The position numbers and the translations under genes were made by a program. From the NCBI RefSeq assembly GCF_009914755.1, contig NC_060937.1: a stretch of 64,000 nucleotides of DNA, one strand, 5' to 3'. Source of the DNA: the human T2T-CHM13v2.0 reference genome, Homo sapiens. The notes under the pieces are model-generated. The model was not told where the DNA came from. It did not search any database and was given only the letters and a program-made list of their open reading frames with translations. This document shows, one piece after another, positions 18,401-36,229 of the stretch (position 1 is the stretch's first letter; every line of letters starts with the position of its first letter).

Positions 18401-19500
18401 CAAATATATATTATATTAGGTACATAAAATATGAAAGTACATCAAATATAGATTATATACTGTACATGAAATACCAAAGTACCCCTAATATATATTTTAT
18501 ACGGTACATGAAATATCAAAGTTCACAAACTATATATTATATACTGTATATAAAATATCAAAGTACCCAAGGTATATATTCTATACTGTACAAAAAATAT
18601 CATAGTACCCAAAGCATGTATTATATACTGTACATAAATTATGAAAGTACATCAAATATATATTTTATTCTGTACATAAAATATCAAAGTACACCAGATA
18701 TATATTCTATAGTGTACATAAAATATCAAAGTACCCAAACTATACATTATATACTGTACATAAAATATGAAATTACATGAAATTTATATTAGGTACATAA
18801 AATATGAAAGTACATCAAATATAGATTATATACTGTACATAAAATATCAAAGTACCCCAAATATATATTATATACTATACATGAAATATAAAAGTTCACA
18901 AACTATATATTATATACTGTACATAAAATATCCAAGTACCCAAGTTATATATTCTATACTGTACAAAAAATATCAACGTACCCAAAGCATGTATTATATA
19001 CTCTATATAAAATATGAAAGTACATCACATATATATTTTATTCTGTACATAAAATATCAAAGTACACCAGATATATATTCTATAGTGTACATAAAATAAC
19101 AAAGTACAAAAACTATAAATTATATGCTGTACATAAAATATGAAATTACATCAAATATATATTAGGTACATAAAATATGAAAGTACATCAAATATAGATT
19201 ATATACTGTACATAAAATATCAATGTACCCCAAATATATATTTTATACTCTACATGAAATATCAAAGTTCACAAACCATATATTATATACTGTACATAAA
19301 ATATCAAAGTACCCAAGGCATATATTCTATACTGTACAAAAAATATCAAAGTACCCAAAGCATGTATTATATACTGTACATAAAATATGAAAGTACATCA
19401 AATATATATTTTATTCTGTACATAAAATATCAAAGTACACCAGATATATATTCTATAGTGTACATAAAATATCAAAGTACCCAAACTATACATTATATAC
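3420..19500 (+). repeat. HSat1A subfamily domain A: M5 CCAGAT variant, frequent 5-bp deletion in M7 (373-bp HOR), frequent AAATAACAAAG in M6
   Basis: ACACCAGAT replaces ACACCAAAT from about 3420 to 19441. AATATATATTAGG replaces AATATATATTATATTAGG in many units. M1 spacings of 373 bp occur at 3984->4357, 9104->9477, 10600->10973 and 14719->15092. Confidence 0.85.
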
Positions 19501-22500
19501 TGTACATAAAATATGAAATTACATCAAATATATATTATATTAGGTTCATAAAATATGAAAGCACATCAAATATAGATTATATACTGTACATTAAATACCA
19601 AAGTACCCCAAATATATATTTTATACTGTACATCAAATATCAAAGTTCACAAACTATATATTATATACTGTACATAAAATATCAAAGTACCCATGGTATA
19701 TATTCTACACTGTACAAAAAATATGAAAGTACCCAAAGCATGTGTTATATACTGTATATAAAATATGAAAGTACATCAAATATATATTTTATTCTGTACA
19801 TAAAATATCAAAGTACACCAAATATATATTCTATACTGTACATAAAATATTAAAGTACCCAAACTATACATTATATACTGTACATAAAATATGAAATTAC
19901 ATCAAATATATATTATATTAGGTACACAAAATATGAAAATACATCCAATATAGATTATATACTGTACATAAAATACAAAAGTACCCCAAATGTATATTTT
20001 ATACTGTACATGAAATATCAAAGTTCACAAGCTATATATTATATACTGTACATAAAATATCAAAATACTCAAGGTATATATTCTATACTCTACAAAAAAT
20101 ATCAAAGTACCCAGAGCATGTATTATATACTGTACATAAAATATGAAAGTACATCAAATATATATTTTATTCTGTACAAAAAATATCAAAGTACACCAAA
20201 TATATATTCTATACTGTACATAAAATATCAAAGTACCCAAACTATACATTATATACTGTACATAAAATATGAAATTACATCAAATATATATTATATTAGG
20301 TACAGAAAATATGAAAGTACATCAAATATAGATTATATACTGTACATAAATCACCAAAGTACCCCAAATATATATTTTATACTGTACATGAAATATCAAA
20401 CTTCAGAAACTATATATTATATACTGTACATAAAATATCAAAGTACTGAAAGTATATATTCTATACTGTACAAAAAATATCAAAGTACCCAAAGCATGTA
20501 TTATATACTGTACATGAAATATGAAAGTACATCAAATATATATTTTATTCTGTACATAAAATATCAAAGTACACCAAATATATATTCTTTACTGTACATA
20601 AAATATCAAAGTACCCAAACTATACATTATATACTTTACATAAAATATGAAATTACATCAAATATATATTATATTAGGTACATAAAATATGAAAGTACAT
20701 CAAATATAGATTATATACTGTACATAAAATACCAAAGTACCCCAAATATATATTTTATACTGTACATGAAATATCAAAGTTCACAAACTATATATTATAT
20801 ACTGTACATAAAATATCAAAGTACTCAAGGTATATATTCTATACTGTACAAAAAATATCAAAGTACCCAAAGCATGTATTATATACTGTACATAAAATAT
20901 GAAAGTACATGAAATATATATTTTATTGTGTACAAAAAATATCAAAGTACACCAAATATATATTCTATACTGTACATAAAATATCAAAGTACCCAAACTA
21001 TACATTATATACTGTACATAAAATATGAAATTACATCAAATATATATTAGTTACATAAAAAATGAAAGTAGATCAAATATAGATTATATCCTGTACATAA
21101 AATACCAAAGTACCCCAAATAAATATTTTATACTGTACATGAAATATCAAAGTTCACAAACTATATATTATATACTGCACATAAAATATCAAATCACCCA
21201 AGGTATATATTCTATACTGTACAAAAAATATCAAAGTACCCAAACCATGTATTATATAAGGTACATAAAATATGAAAGTACATCAAAAATAGATTATATA
21301 CTGTACATAAAATACCAAAGTACCCCAAATATATATTTTATATTGTACATGAAATATCAAAGTTCTCAAACTATATATTATATACTGTACATAAAATATC
21401 AAAGTACCCAAGGTATCTATTCTATACTGTACAAAAAATATCAAACTACCCAAAGCATGTATTATATACTGTACATAAAATATGAAAGTACATCAAATAT
21501 ATATTTTATTCTGTACATAAAATATCAAAGTACACCAAATATATGTTCTATACTGTACATAAAATATCAAAGTACCCATACTATACATTATATACTGTAC
21601 ATAAAATATGAAATTACATCAAATATATATTATATTAGGTACAGAAAATATGAAAATGCATCAAATATAGATTATATACTGTACATAAAATACCAAAGTA
21701 CCCCAAATATATATTTTATACTGTACATGAAATATCAAAGTTCACAAACTATATATTATATACTGCACATAAATTATCAAATCACCCAAGGTATATATTC
21801 TATACTGTACAAAAAATATCAAAGTACCCAAAGCATGTATTATATACTGTACATAAAATATGAAAGTACATCAAATATATATTTTATTTTGTACATAAAA
21901 TATTAAAGTACACCAAATATATATTCTATAGTGTACATAAAATATCAAATTACCCAAACTATACATTATATACTGTACATAAAATATGAAATTACATCAA
22001 ATATATATTATATTAGGTACATAAAATATGAAAGTACATCAAATATAGATTATATACTGTACATAAAATACCAAAGAACCCCAAATATATATTATATACT
22101 GTACATGAAATATCAAAGTTCACAAACTATATATTATATACTGTACATAAAATATCAAAGTACCCAAGGTATATATTCTATACTGTACAAAAAATATCAA
22201 AGTACCCAAAGCATGTATGATATACTGTTCATAAAATATGAAAGTACATCAAATATATATTTTATTCTGTACATAAAATATCAAAGTACACCAAATATAT
22301 ATTCTATAGTGTACATAAAATATCAAATTACCCAAACTATACATGATATACTGTACATAAAATATGAAATTACATCAAATATATATTATATTAGGTACAT
22401 AAAATATGAAAGTACCTCAAATATAGATTATATACTGTACATAAAATACCAAAGAACCCCAAATATATATTATATACTGTACATGAAATATCAAAGTTCA

Positions 22501-24499
22501 CAAACTATATATTATATACTGTACATAAAATATCAAAGTACCCAAGGTATATATTCTATACTGTACAAAAAATATCAAATTACCCAAAACAGGTATTATA
22601 TACTGTTCATAAAATATGAAAGTACATCAAATATATATTTTATTCTGTACATAAAATATCAAAGTACACCAAATATATATTCTATAGTGTACAAAAAATA
22701 TCAAAGTACCCAAACTATACATTATATACTGTACATAAAATATGAAATTACATCAAATATATATTATATTAGGTACATAAAATATGAAAGTACATGAAAT
22801 ATATATTATATACTGTACATAAAATACCAAAGTACCCCAAATATATATATTATATTGTACATGAAATATCAAAGTTCACAAACTATATATTATATACTGT
22901 ACATAAAATATGAATGTATCCAAGGTATATATTCTATACTATACAAAAAGTATCAAAGTTCCCAAAACATGTATTATATACTGTACATAAAATATGAAAG
23001 TGCATCAAATATATATTTTATTCTGTACATAAAATATCAAAGTACACCAAATATATATTCTATACTGTACAAAAAATATCAAAGCACCCAAACTATACAT
23101 TATGTACTGTACATAAAATATGAAATTACATCAAATATATATTAGTTACATAAAATATGAAAGTACATCAAATATAGATTATATCCTCTACGTAAAATAC
23201 CAAAGTACCCCAAATAAATATTTTATACTGTACATGAAATATCAAAGTTCACAAACTATATATTATATACTGCACATAAAATATCAAATCACCCAAGGTA
23301 TATATTCTATACTATACAAAAAATATCAAAGTACCCAAAGCATGTATTATATACTGTACATAAAATAGGAAAGTACATCAAATATATATTTTATTCTGTA
23401 TATAAAATATCAAAGTACACCAAATATATATTCTATAGTGTACATAAAATATCAAATTACACAAACTATACCTTATATACTCTACATAAAATATGAAATT
23501 ACATCAAATATATATTATATTAGGTACATAAAATATGAAAGTACATCAAATATAGATTATATACTGTACATAAAATACCAAAGTACCCCAAATATATATT
23601 TTATACTGTACATGAAATATCAAAGTTCACAAACTATATATTATATACTGTACATAAAATATCAAAGTACCCAAGGTATATATTCTATACTGTACAAAAA
23701 ATATCAAAGTACCCAAACATGTATTATATACTGTACATAAAATATGAAAGTACATCAAATATATATTTCATTCTGTACATAAAATATCAAAGTACACCAA
23801 ATATATATTCTATAGTGTACATAAAATATCAAAGTACCCAAACTATACATTATATACTGTACCTAAAATATGAAATTACATCAAATATGTATTATATTAG
23901 GTAAATAAAATATGAAAGTACAACAAATATAGATTATGTAATGTACATAAAATACCAAATAACCCCAAATATATATTTTACACTGTACATGCAATATCAA
24001 AGCTCACAAACTATATATTATATACTGTACATAAAATATCAAAGTACAGAAGGTATATATTCTATACTGTACAAAAAATATCAAAGTACCCAAAGCATGT
24101 ATTAAATACTGTACATAAAATATGAAAGTACATCAAATATATATTTTATTCTGTACATAAAATATCAAAGTACACCAAATATATATTCTATAGTGTACAT
24201 AAAATATCAAAGTACCCAAACTCTACATTATATACTGTACATAAAATATGAAATTACATCAAATCTATATAACATTAGGTACATAAAATATGAAAGTACA
24301 TCAAATATAAATTATATACTGTACATAAAATACCAAAGTACCCCAAATATATATTATATACTGTACATGAAATATCAAAGTTCACAAACTATATATTATA
24401 TACTGTACATAAAATATCAAAGTACCCAAGGTATATATTCTATACTGTACAAAAAATATCAAAGTACCCAAAGCATGTATTATATACTGTATATAAAAT

Positions 24500-27400
24500 A
24501 TGAAAGTACATCAAATATATATTTAATTGTGTACATAAAATATCAAAGTACACCAAATATGTATTCTATAGTGTACATAAAATATCAAAGTACCCAAACT
24601 ATACATTATATACTGTACATAAAATATGAAATTACATCAAATATATATTATATTAGGTACATAAAATATGAAAGTACATCAAATATAGATTATATACTGT
24701 ACATAAAATACCAAAGAACCCCAAATATATATTATATACTGTACATGAAATATCAAAGTTCACAAACTATATATTATATACTGTACATAAAATATCAAAG
24801 TACCCAAGGTATACATTATATACTGTACACAAAATATGAAATTACATCAAATATATGTTATATTAGGTACATAAATTATGAAAGTACATCAAATATAAAT
24901 TATATACTGTACATAAAATATCAAATTACCTCAAATATATATTATATACTGTACATGAAATATCAAAGTTCACAAACTATATATTATATACTGTACATAA
25001 AATATCAAAGTACCCAAGGTATATATTCTATACTGTACAAAAAATATCAAAGTACCCAAAGCATGTATTATATACTGTACATGAAATATGAAAGTACATC
25101 AAATATATATTTTATTCTGTACATAAAATATCAAAGTACACCAAATATATATTCTATAGTGTACATAAAATATCAAAGTACCCAAACTATACATTACATA
25201 CTGTACATGAAATATGAAATTACATCAAATATATATTATATTAGTTACATAAAATATGAAAGTACATCAAATATAGATTATACACTGTACATAAAATACC
25301 AAAGAACCCCAAATATATATTATATACTGTACATGAAATATCAAAGTTCACAAACTATATATTATATACTGTACATAAAATATCAAAGTACCCAAGGTAT
25401 ATATTCTGTACTGTACAAAAAATATCAAAGTACCCAAAGCATGTATTATATACTGTACATAAAATATGAAAGTACATCAAATATATATTTAATTCTGTAC
25501 ATAAAATATCAAAGTACACCAAATATATATTCTATACTGTACATAAAATATCAAAGTACCCAAACTATACATTATATACTGTACATAAAATATGAAATTA
25601 CATCAAATATATATTATATTAGGTACAGAAAATATGAAAGTACATCAAATATAGATTATATAATGTACATAAATCACCAAAGTACCCCAAATATATATTT
25701 TATACTGTACATGAAATATCAAACTTCAGAAACTATATATTATATACTGTACATAAAATATCAAAGTACTGAAAGTATATATTCTATACTGTACAAAAAA
25801 TATCAAAGTACCCAAAGCATGTATTATATACTGTACATGAAATATGAAAGTACATCAAATATATATTTTATTCTGTACATAAAATATCAAAGTACACCAA
25901 ATATATATTCTTTACTGTACATAAAATATCAAAGTACCCAAACTATACATTATATACTTTACATAAAATATGAAATTACATCAAATATATATTATATTAG
26001 GTACATAAAATATGAAAGTACATCAAATATAGATTATATACTGTACATAAAATACCAAAGTACCCCAAATATATATTTTATACTGTACATGAAATATCAA
26101 AGTTCACAAACTATATATTATATACTGTACATAAAATATCAAAGTACTCAAGGTATATATTCTATACTGTACAAAAAATATCAAAGTACCCAAAGCATGT
26201 ATTATATACTGTACATAAAATATGAAAGTACATGAAATATATATTTTATTGTGTACAAAAAATATCAAAGTACACCAAATATATATTCTATACTGTACAT
26301 AAAATATCAAAGTACCCAAACTATACATTATATACTGTACATAAAATATGAAATTACATCAAATATATATTAGTTACATAAAAAATGAAAGTAGATCAAA
26401 TATAGATTATATCCTGTACATAAAATACCAAAGTACCCCAAATAAATATTTTATACTGTACATGAAATATCAAAGTTCACAAACTATATATTATATACTG
26501 CACATAAAATATCAAATCACCCAAGGTATATATTCTATACTGTACAAAAAATATCAAAGTACCCAAACCATGTGTTATATAAGGTACATAAAATATGAAA
26601 GTACATCAAAAATAGATTATATACTGTACATAAAATACCAAAGTACCCCAAATATATATTTTATATTGTACATGAAATATCAAAGTTCTCAAACTATATA
26701 TTATATACTGTACATAAAATATCAAAGTACCCAAGGTATCTATTCTATACTGTACAAAAAATATCAAACTACCCAAAGCATGTATTATATACTGTACATA
26801 AAATATGAAAGTACATCAAATATATATTTTATTCTGTACATAAAATATCAAAGTACACCAAATATATGTTCTATACTGTACATAAAATATCAAAGTACCC
26901 ATACTATACATTATATACTGTACATAAAATATGAAATTACATCAAATATATATTATATTAGGTACAGAAAATATGAAAATGCATCAAATATAGATTATAT
27001 ACTGTACATAAAATACCAAAGTACCCCAAATATATATTTTATACTGTACATGAAATATCAAAGTTCACAAACTATATATTATATACTGCACATAAATTAT
27101 CAAATCACCCAAGGTATATATTCTATACTGTACAAAAAATATCAAAGTACCCAAAGCATGTATTATATACTGTACATAAAATATGAAAGTACATCAAATA
27201 TATATTTTATTTTGTACATAAAATATTAAAGTACACCAAATATATATTCTATAGTGTACATAAAATATCAAAGTACCCAAACTATACATTATATACTGTA
27301 CATAAAATATGAAATTACATCAAATATATATTATATTAGGTACATAAAATATGAAAGTACATCAAATATAGATTATATACTGTACATAAAATACCAAAGT

Positions 27401-30400
27401 ACCCCAAATATATATATTATATTGTACATGAAATATCAAAGTTCACAAACTATATATTATATACTGTACATAAAATATCAAAGTACCCAAGGTATATATT
27501 CTATACTGTACAAAAAATATCAAAGTACCCAAAGCATGTATTATATACTGTACATAAAACATGAAAGTACATGAAATATATATTTTATTGTGTACAAAAA
27601 ATATCAAAGTACACCAAATATATATTCTATACTGTACATAAAATATCAAAGTACCCAAACTATACATTATATACTGTACATAAAATATGAAATTACATCA
27701 AATATATATTATATTAGGTACAGAAAATATGAAAGTACATCAAATATAGATTATATACTCTACATAAAATATCAAAGTACCCCAAATATATATAATATAC
27801 TGTACATGAAATATCAAAGTTCACAAACTATATATTATATACTGTACATAAAATATGAATGTACCCAAGGTATATATTCTATACTATACAAAAAGTATCA
27901 AAGTACCCAAAACATGTATTATATACTGTACATAAAATATGAAAGTGCATCAAATATATATTTTATTCTGTACATAAAATATCAAAGTACACCAAATATA
28001 TATTCTATACTGTACATAAAATATCAAAGTACCCAAACTATACATTATATACAGTACATAAAATATGAAATTACATCAAATATATATTAGTTACATAAAA
28101 TATGAAAGTACATCAAATATAGATTATATCCTGTACATAAAATACCAAAGTTCCCCAAATAAATATTTTATACTGTACATGAAATATCAAAGTTCACAAA
28201 CTATATATTATATAATGCACATAAATTATCAAATCACCCAAGGTATATATTCTATACTGTACAAAAAATATCAAAGTACCCAAAGCATGTATTATATACT
28301 GTACATAAAATATGAAAGTACATCAAATATATATTTTATTCTGTACATAAAATATCAAAGTACACCAAATATATATTCTATAGTGTACAAAAAATATCAA
28401 AGTACCCAAACTATACATTATATACTGTACATAAAATATGAAATTACATCAAATATATATTATATTAGGTACATAAAATATGAAAGTACATGAAATATAT
28501 ATTATATACTGTACATAAAATACCAAAGTACCCCAAATATATATATTATATTGTACATGAAATATCAAAGTTCACAAACTATATATTATATACTGTACAT
28601 AAAATATGAATGTATCCAAGGTATATATTCTATACTATACAAAAAGTATCAAAGTTCCCAAAACATGTATTATATACTGTACATAAAATATGAAAGTGCA
28701 TCAAATATATATTTTATTCTGTACATAAAATATCAAAGTACACCAAATATATATTCTATACTGTACAAAAAATATCAAAGCACCCAAACTATACATTATG
28801 TACTGTACATAAAATATGAAATTACATCAAATATATATTAGTTACATAAAATATGAAAGTACATCAAATATAGATTATATCCTCTACGTAAAATACCAAA
28901 GTACCCCAAATAAATATTTTATACTGTACATGAAATATCAAAGTTCACAAACTATATATTATATACTGCACATAAAATATCAAATCACCCAAGGTATATA
29001 TTCTATACTATACAAAAAATATCAAAGTACCCAAAGCATGTATTATATACTGTACATAAAATAGGAAAGTACATCAAATATATATTTTATTCTGTACATA
29101 AAATATCAAAGTACACCAAATATATATTCTATAGTGTACATAAAATATCAAAGTACCCAAACTATACATTATATACTGTACATAAAATATGAAATTACAT
29201 CAAATATATATTATATTAGGTACAGAAAATATGAAAGTACATCAAATATAGATTATATACTCTACATAAAATATCAAAGTACCCCAAATATATATAATAT
29301 ACTGTACATGAAATATCAAAGTTCACAAACTATATATTATATACTGTACATAAAATATGAGTGTACCCAAGGTATATATTCTATACTATACAAAAAGTAT
29401 CAAAGTACCCAAAACATGTATTATATACTGTACATAAAATATGAAAGTGTATCAAATATATATTTTATTCTGTACATAAAATATAAAAGTACACCAAATA
29501 TATATTCTATACTGTACATAAAATATCAAAGTACCCAAACTATACATTATATACAGTACATAAAATATGAAATTACATCAAATATATATTAGTTAAGTAA
29601 AATATGAAAGTACGTCAAATATAGATTATATACTGTACATAAAATACCAAAGTACCCCAAATATATATATTATATTGTACATGAAATATGAAAGTTCACA
29701 AACTATATATTATATACTATACATAAAATATCAAAGTACCCAAGGTATATATTCTATACTGTACAAAAATATCAAAGTACCCAAAGCATGTATTATATAC
29801 TGTACATAAAATATGAAAGTACATCAAATATATATTTAATTGTGTACATAAAATATCAAAGTACACCAAATATGTATTCTATAGTGTACATAAAATATCA
29901 AAGTACCCAAACTATACATTATATACTGTACATAAAATATGAAATTACATCAAATATATATTATATTAGGTACATAAAATATGAAAGTACATCAAATATA
30001 GATTATATACTGTACATAAAATACCAAAGAACCCCAAATATATATTATATACTGTACATGAAATATCAAAGTTCACAAACTATATATTATATACTGTACA
30101 TAAAATATCAAAGTACCCAAGGTATACATTATATACTGTACACAAAATATGAAATTACATCAAATATATGTTATATTAGGTACATAAATTATGAAAGTAC
30201 ATCAAATATAAATTATATACTGTACATAAAATATCAAATTACCTCAAATATATATTATATACTGTACATGAAATATCAAAGTTCACAAACTATATATTAT
30301 ATACTGTACATAAAATATCAAAGTACCCAAGGTATATATTCTATACTGTACAAAAAATATCAAAGTACCCAAACATGTATTATATACTGTTCATAAAATA

Positions 30401-33400
30401 TGAAAGTACATCAAATATATATTTAATTCTTTACATAAAATATCAAAGTACACCAAATATATATTCTATAGTGTACATAAAATATCAAAGTACCCAAACT
30501 ATACATTACATACTGTACATGAAATATGAAATTACATCAAATATATATTATATTAGTTACATAAAATATGAAAGTACATCAAATATAGATTATACACTGT
30601 ACATAAAATACCAAAGAACCCCAAATATATATTATATACTGTACATGAAATATCAAAGTTCACAAACTATATATTATATACTGTACATAAAATATCAAAG
30701 TACCCAAGGTATATATTCTGTACTGTACAAAAAATATCAAAGTACCCAAAGCATGTATTATATACTGTACATAAAATATGAAAGTACATCAAATATATAT
30801 TTAATTCTGTACATAAAATATCAAAGTACACCAAATATATATTCTATACTGTACATAAAATATCAAAGTACCCAAACTATACATTATATACTGTACATAA
30901 AATATGAAATTACATCAAATATATATTATATTAGGTACAGAAAATATGAAAGTACATCAAATATAGATTATATAATGTACATAAATCACCAAAGTACCCC
31001 AAATATATATTTTATACTGTACATGAAATATCAAACTTCAGAAACTATATATTATATACTGTACATAAAATATCAAAGTACTGAAAGTATATATTCTATA
31101 CTGTACAAAAAATATCAAAGTACCCAAAGCATGTATTATATACTGTACATGAAATATGAAAGTACATCAAATATATATTTTATTCTGTACATAAAATATC
31201 AAAGTACACCAAATATATATTCTTTACTGTACATAAAATATCAAAGTACCCAAACTATACATTATATACTTTACATAAAATATGAAATTACATCAAATAT
31301 ATATTATATTAGGTACATAAAATATGAAAGTACATCAAATATAGATTATATACTGTACATAAAATACCAAAGTACCCCAAATATATATTTTATACTGTAC
31401 ATGAAATATCAAAGTTCACAAACTATATATTATATACTGTACATAAAATATCAAAGTACTCAAGGTATATATTCTATACTGTACAAAAAATATCAAAGTA
31501 CCCAAAGCATGTATTATATACTGTACATAAAATATGAAAGTACATGAAATATATATTTTATTGTGTACAAAAAATATCAAAGTACACCAAATATATATTC
31601 TATACTGTACATAAAATATCAAAGTACCCAAACTATACATTATATACTGTACATAAAATATGAAATTACATCAAATATATATTAGTTACATAAAAAATGA
31701 AAGTAGATCAAATATAGATTATATCCTGTACATAAAATACCAAAGTACCCCAAATAAATATTTTATACTGTACATGAAATATCAAAGTTCACAAACTATA
31801 TATTATATACTGCACATAAAATATCAAATCACCCAAGGTATATATTCTATACTGTACAAAAAATATCAAAGTACCCAAACCATGTGTTATATAAGGTACA
31901 TAAAATATGAAAGTACATCAAAAATAGATTATATACTGTACATAAAATACCAAAGTACCCCAAATATATATTTTATATTGTACATGAAATATCAAAGTTC
32001 TCAAACTATATATTATATACTGTACATAAAATATCAAAGTACCCAAGGTATCTATTCTATACTGTACAAAAAATATCAAACTACCCAAAGCATGTATTAT
32101 ATACTGTACATAAAATATGAAAGTACATCAAATATATATTTTATTCTGTACATAAAATATCAAAGTACACCAAATATATGTTCTATACTGTACATAAAAT
32201 ATCAAAGTACCCATACTATACATTATATACTGTACATAAAATATGAAATTACATCAAATATATATTATATTAGATACAGAAAATATGAAAATGCATCAAA
32301 TATAGATTATATACTGTACATAAAATACCAAAGTACCCCAAATATATATTTTATACTGTACATGAAATATCAAAGTTCACAAACTATATATTATATACTG
32401 CACATAAATTATCAAATCACCCAAGGTATATATTCTATACTGTACAAAAAATATCAAAGTACCCAAAGCATGTATTATATACTGTACATAAAATATGAAA
32501 GTACATCAAATATATATTTTATTTTGTACATAAAATATTAAAGTACACCAAATATATATTCTATAGTGTACATAAAATATCAAAGTACCCAAACTATACA
32601 TTATATACTGTACATAAAATATGAAATTACATCAAATATATATTATATTAGGTACATAAAATATGAAAGTACATCAAATATAGATTATATACTGTACATA
32701 AAATACCAAAGTACCCCAAATATATATATTATATTGTACATGAAATATCAAAGTTCACAAACTATATATTATATACTGTACATAAAATATCAAAGTACCC
32801 AAGGTATATATTCTATACTGTACAAAAAATATCAAAGTACCCAAAGCATGTATTATATACTGTACATAAAACATGAAAGTACATGAAATATATATTTTAT
32901 TGTGTACAAAAAATATCAAAGTACACCAAATATATATTCTATACTGTACATAAAATATCAAAGTACCCAAACTATACATTATATACTGTACATAAAATAT
33001 GAAATTACATCAAATATATATTATATTAGGTACAGAAAATATGAAAGTACATCAAATATAGATTATATACTCTACATAAAATATCAAAGTACCCCAAATA
33101 TATATAATATACTGTACATGAAATATCAAAGTTCACAAACTATATATTATATACTGTACATAAAATATGAATGTACCCAAGGTATATATTCTATACTATA
33201 CAAAAAGTATCAAAGTACCCAAAACATGTATTATATACTGTACATAAAATATGAAAGTGCATCAAATATATATTTTATTCTGTACATAAAATATCAAAGT
33301 ACACCAAATATATATTCTATACTGTACATAAAATATCAAAGTACCCAAACTATACATTATATACAGTACATAAAATATGAAATTACATCAAATATATATT

Positions 33401-35140
33401 AGTTACATAAAATATGAAAGTACATCAAATATAGTTTATATCCTGTACATAAAATACCAAAGTTCCCCAAATAAATATTTTATACTGTACATGAAATATC
33501 AAAGTTCACAAACTATATATTATATAATGCACATAAATTATCAAATCACCCAAGGTATATATTCTATACTGTACAAAAAATATCAAAGTACCCAAAGCAT
33601 GTATTATATACTGTACATAAAATATGAAAGTACATCAAATATATATTTTATTCTGTACATAAAATATCAAAGTACACCAAATATATATTCTATAGTGTAC
33701 AAAAAATATCAAAGTACCCAAACTATACATTATATACTGTACATAAAATATGAAATTACATCAAATATATATTATATTAGGTACATAAAATATGAAAGTA
33801 CATGAAATATATATTATATACTGTACATAAAATACCAAAGTACCCCAAATATATATATTATATTGTACATGAAATATCAAAGTTCACAAACTATATATTA
33901 TATACTGTACATAAAATATGAATGTATCCAAGGTATATATTCTATACTATACAAAAAGTATCAAAGTTCCCAAAACATGTATTATATACTGTACATAAAA
34001 TATGAAAGTGCATCAAATATATATTTTATTCTGTACATAAAATATCAAAGTACACCAAATATATATTCTATACTGTACAAAAAATATCAAAGCACCCAAA
34101 CTATACATTATGTACTGTACATAAAATATGAAATTACATCAAATATATATTAGTTACATAAAATATGAAAGTACATCAAATATAGATTATATCCTCTACG
34201 TAAAATACCAAAGTACCCCAAATAAATATTTTATACTGTACATGAAATATCAAAGTTCACAAACTATATATTATATACTGCACATAAAATATCAAATCAC
34301 CCAAGGTATATATTCTATACTATACAAAAAATATCAAAGTACCCAAAGCATGTATTACATACTGTACATAAAATAGGAAAGTACATCAAATATATATTTT
34401 ATTCTGTACATAAAATATCAAAGTACACCAAATATATATTCTATAGTGTACATAAAATATCAAAGTACCCAAACTATACATTATATACTGTACATAAAAT
34501 ATGAAATTACATCAAATATATATTATATTAGGTACAGAAAATATGAAAGTACATCAAATATAGATTATATACTCTACATAAAATATCAAAGTACCCCAAA
34601 TATATATAATATACTGTACATGAAATATCAAAGTTCACAAACTATATATTATATACTGTACATAAAATATGAGTGTACCCAAGGTATATATTCTATACTA
34701 TACAAAAAGTATCAAAGTACCCAAAACATGTATTATATACTGTACATAAAATATGAAAGTGTATCAAATAAATATTTTATTCTGTACATAAAATATAAAA
34801 GTACACCAAATATATATTCTATACTGTACATAAAATATCAAAGTACCCAAACTATACATTATATACAGTACATAAAATATGAAATTACATCAAATATATA
34901 TTAGTTAAGTAAAATATGAAAGTACGTCAAATATAGATTATATACTGTACATAAAATACCAAAGTACCCCAAATATATATATTATATTGTACATGAAATA
35001 TGAAAGTTCACAAACTATATATTATATACTATACATAAAATATCAAAGTACCCAAGGTATATATTCTATACTGTACAAAAATATCAAAGTACCCAAAGCA
35101 TGTATTATATACTGTACATAAAATATGAAAGTACATCAAA
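24500..35140 (+). repeat. Head-to-tail tandem duplication, unit 5312-5313 bp (127 monomers)
   Basis: Near-identical ORF translations occur at a constant offset of 5312: 26348/31660, 27254/32566, 28065/33377, 28551/33863, 29134/34446. Confidence 0.9.
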
Positions 35141-36229
35141 TATATATTTTATTCTGTACATAAAATATCAAAGTACACCAAATATATATTCTATAGTGTA
35201 CATAAAATATCAAAGTACCCAAACTATACATTATATACTGAACATAAAATATGAAATTACATCAAATATCTATTATATTAGGTACATAAAATATGAAAGT
35301 ACATCAAATATAGATTATATACTGTACATAAAATACCAAAGTACCCCAAATATAGTTTATACTGTACATGAAATATCAATGTTCACAAACTATATATTAT
35401 ATACTGTACATAAAATATCAAAGTAGTCAAGGTATATATTCTATACTGTACAAAAAATATCAAAGTACCCAAAGTATGTATTATATACTGTACATAAAAT
35501 ATGAAAGTACATGAAATATATATTTTATTGTGTACAAACAATATCAAAGTACACCAAATATATATTCTATACTGTACATAAAATATCAAAGTACCCAAAC
35601 TATACATTATATACTGTACATATAATATGAAATTACATCAAATATATATTAGTTACATAAAATATGAAAGCACATCAAATATAGATTATATACTGTACAT
35701 AAAATACCAAAGTACCCCAAATATATATATTATATTGTACATGAAATATCAAAGTTCACAAACTATATATTATATACTGTACATAAAATATCAAAGTACC
35801 CAAGGTATATATTCTATACTGTACAAAAAATATCAAAGTACCCAAAGCATGTATTATATACTGTACATAAAATATGAAAGTACATCAAATATATATTTTA
35901 TTCTGTACATAAAATATCAAAGTACACCAAATATATATTCTATACTGTACATAAAATATCAAAGTACCCAAACTATACATTATATACTGTACATAAAATA
36001 TGAAATTTCATCAAATATATATTATGTTATGTACAGAAAATATGAAAATACATCAAATATAGATTATATACTGTACATAAAATACCAAAGTACCCCAAAT
36101 ATGTATTTTATACTGTACAAGAAATATCAAAGTTCACAAACTATATATTATATACTGTACAAAAAATATCAAAGTACTCAAGTTATATATTCTATACTGT
36201 ACAAAAAATATCAAAGTACCCAAAGCATG

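Noticed and set aside
3420-19500. Programmed frameshift, phase-variation or antigenic-variation cassette system suggested by overlapping ORFs
   Set aside because: The frame changes are the 5-bp M7 deletion and 1-2 bp indels propagated by duplication. No recombinase or expression locus is present.
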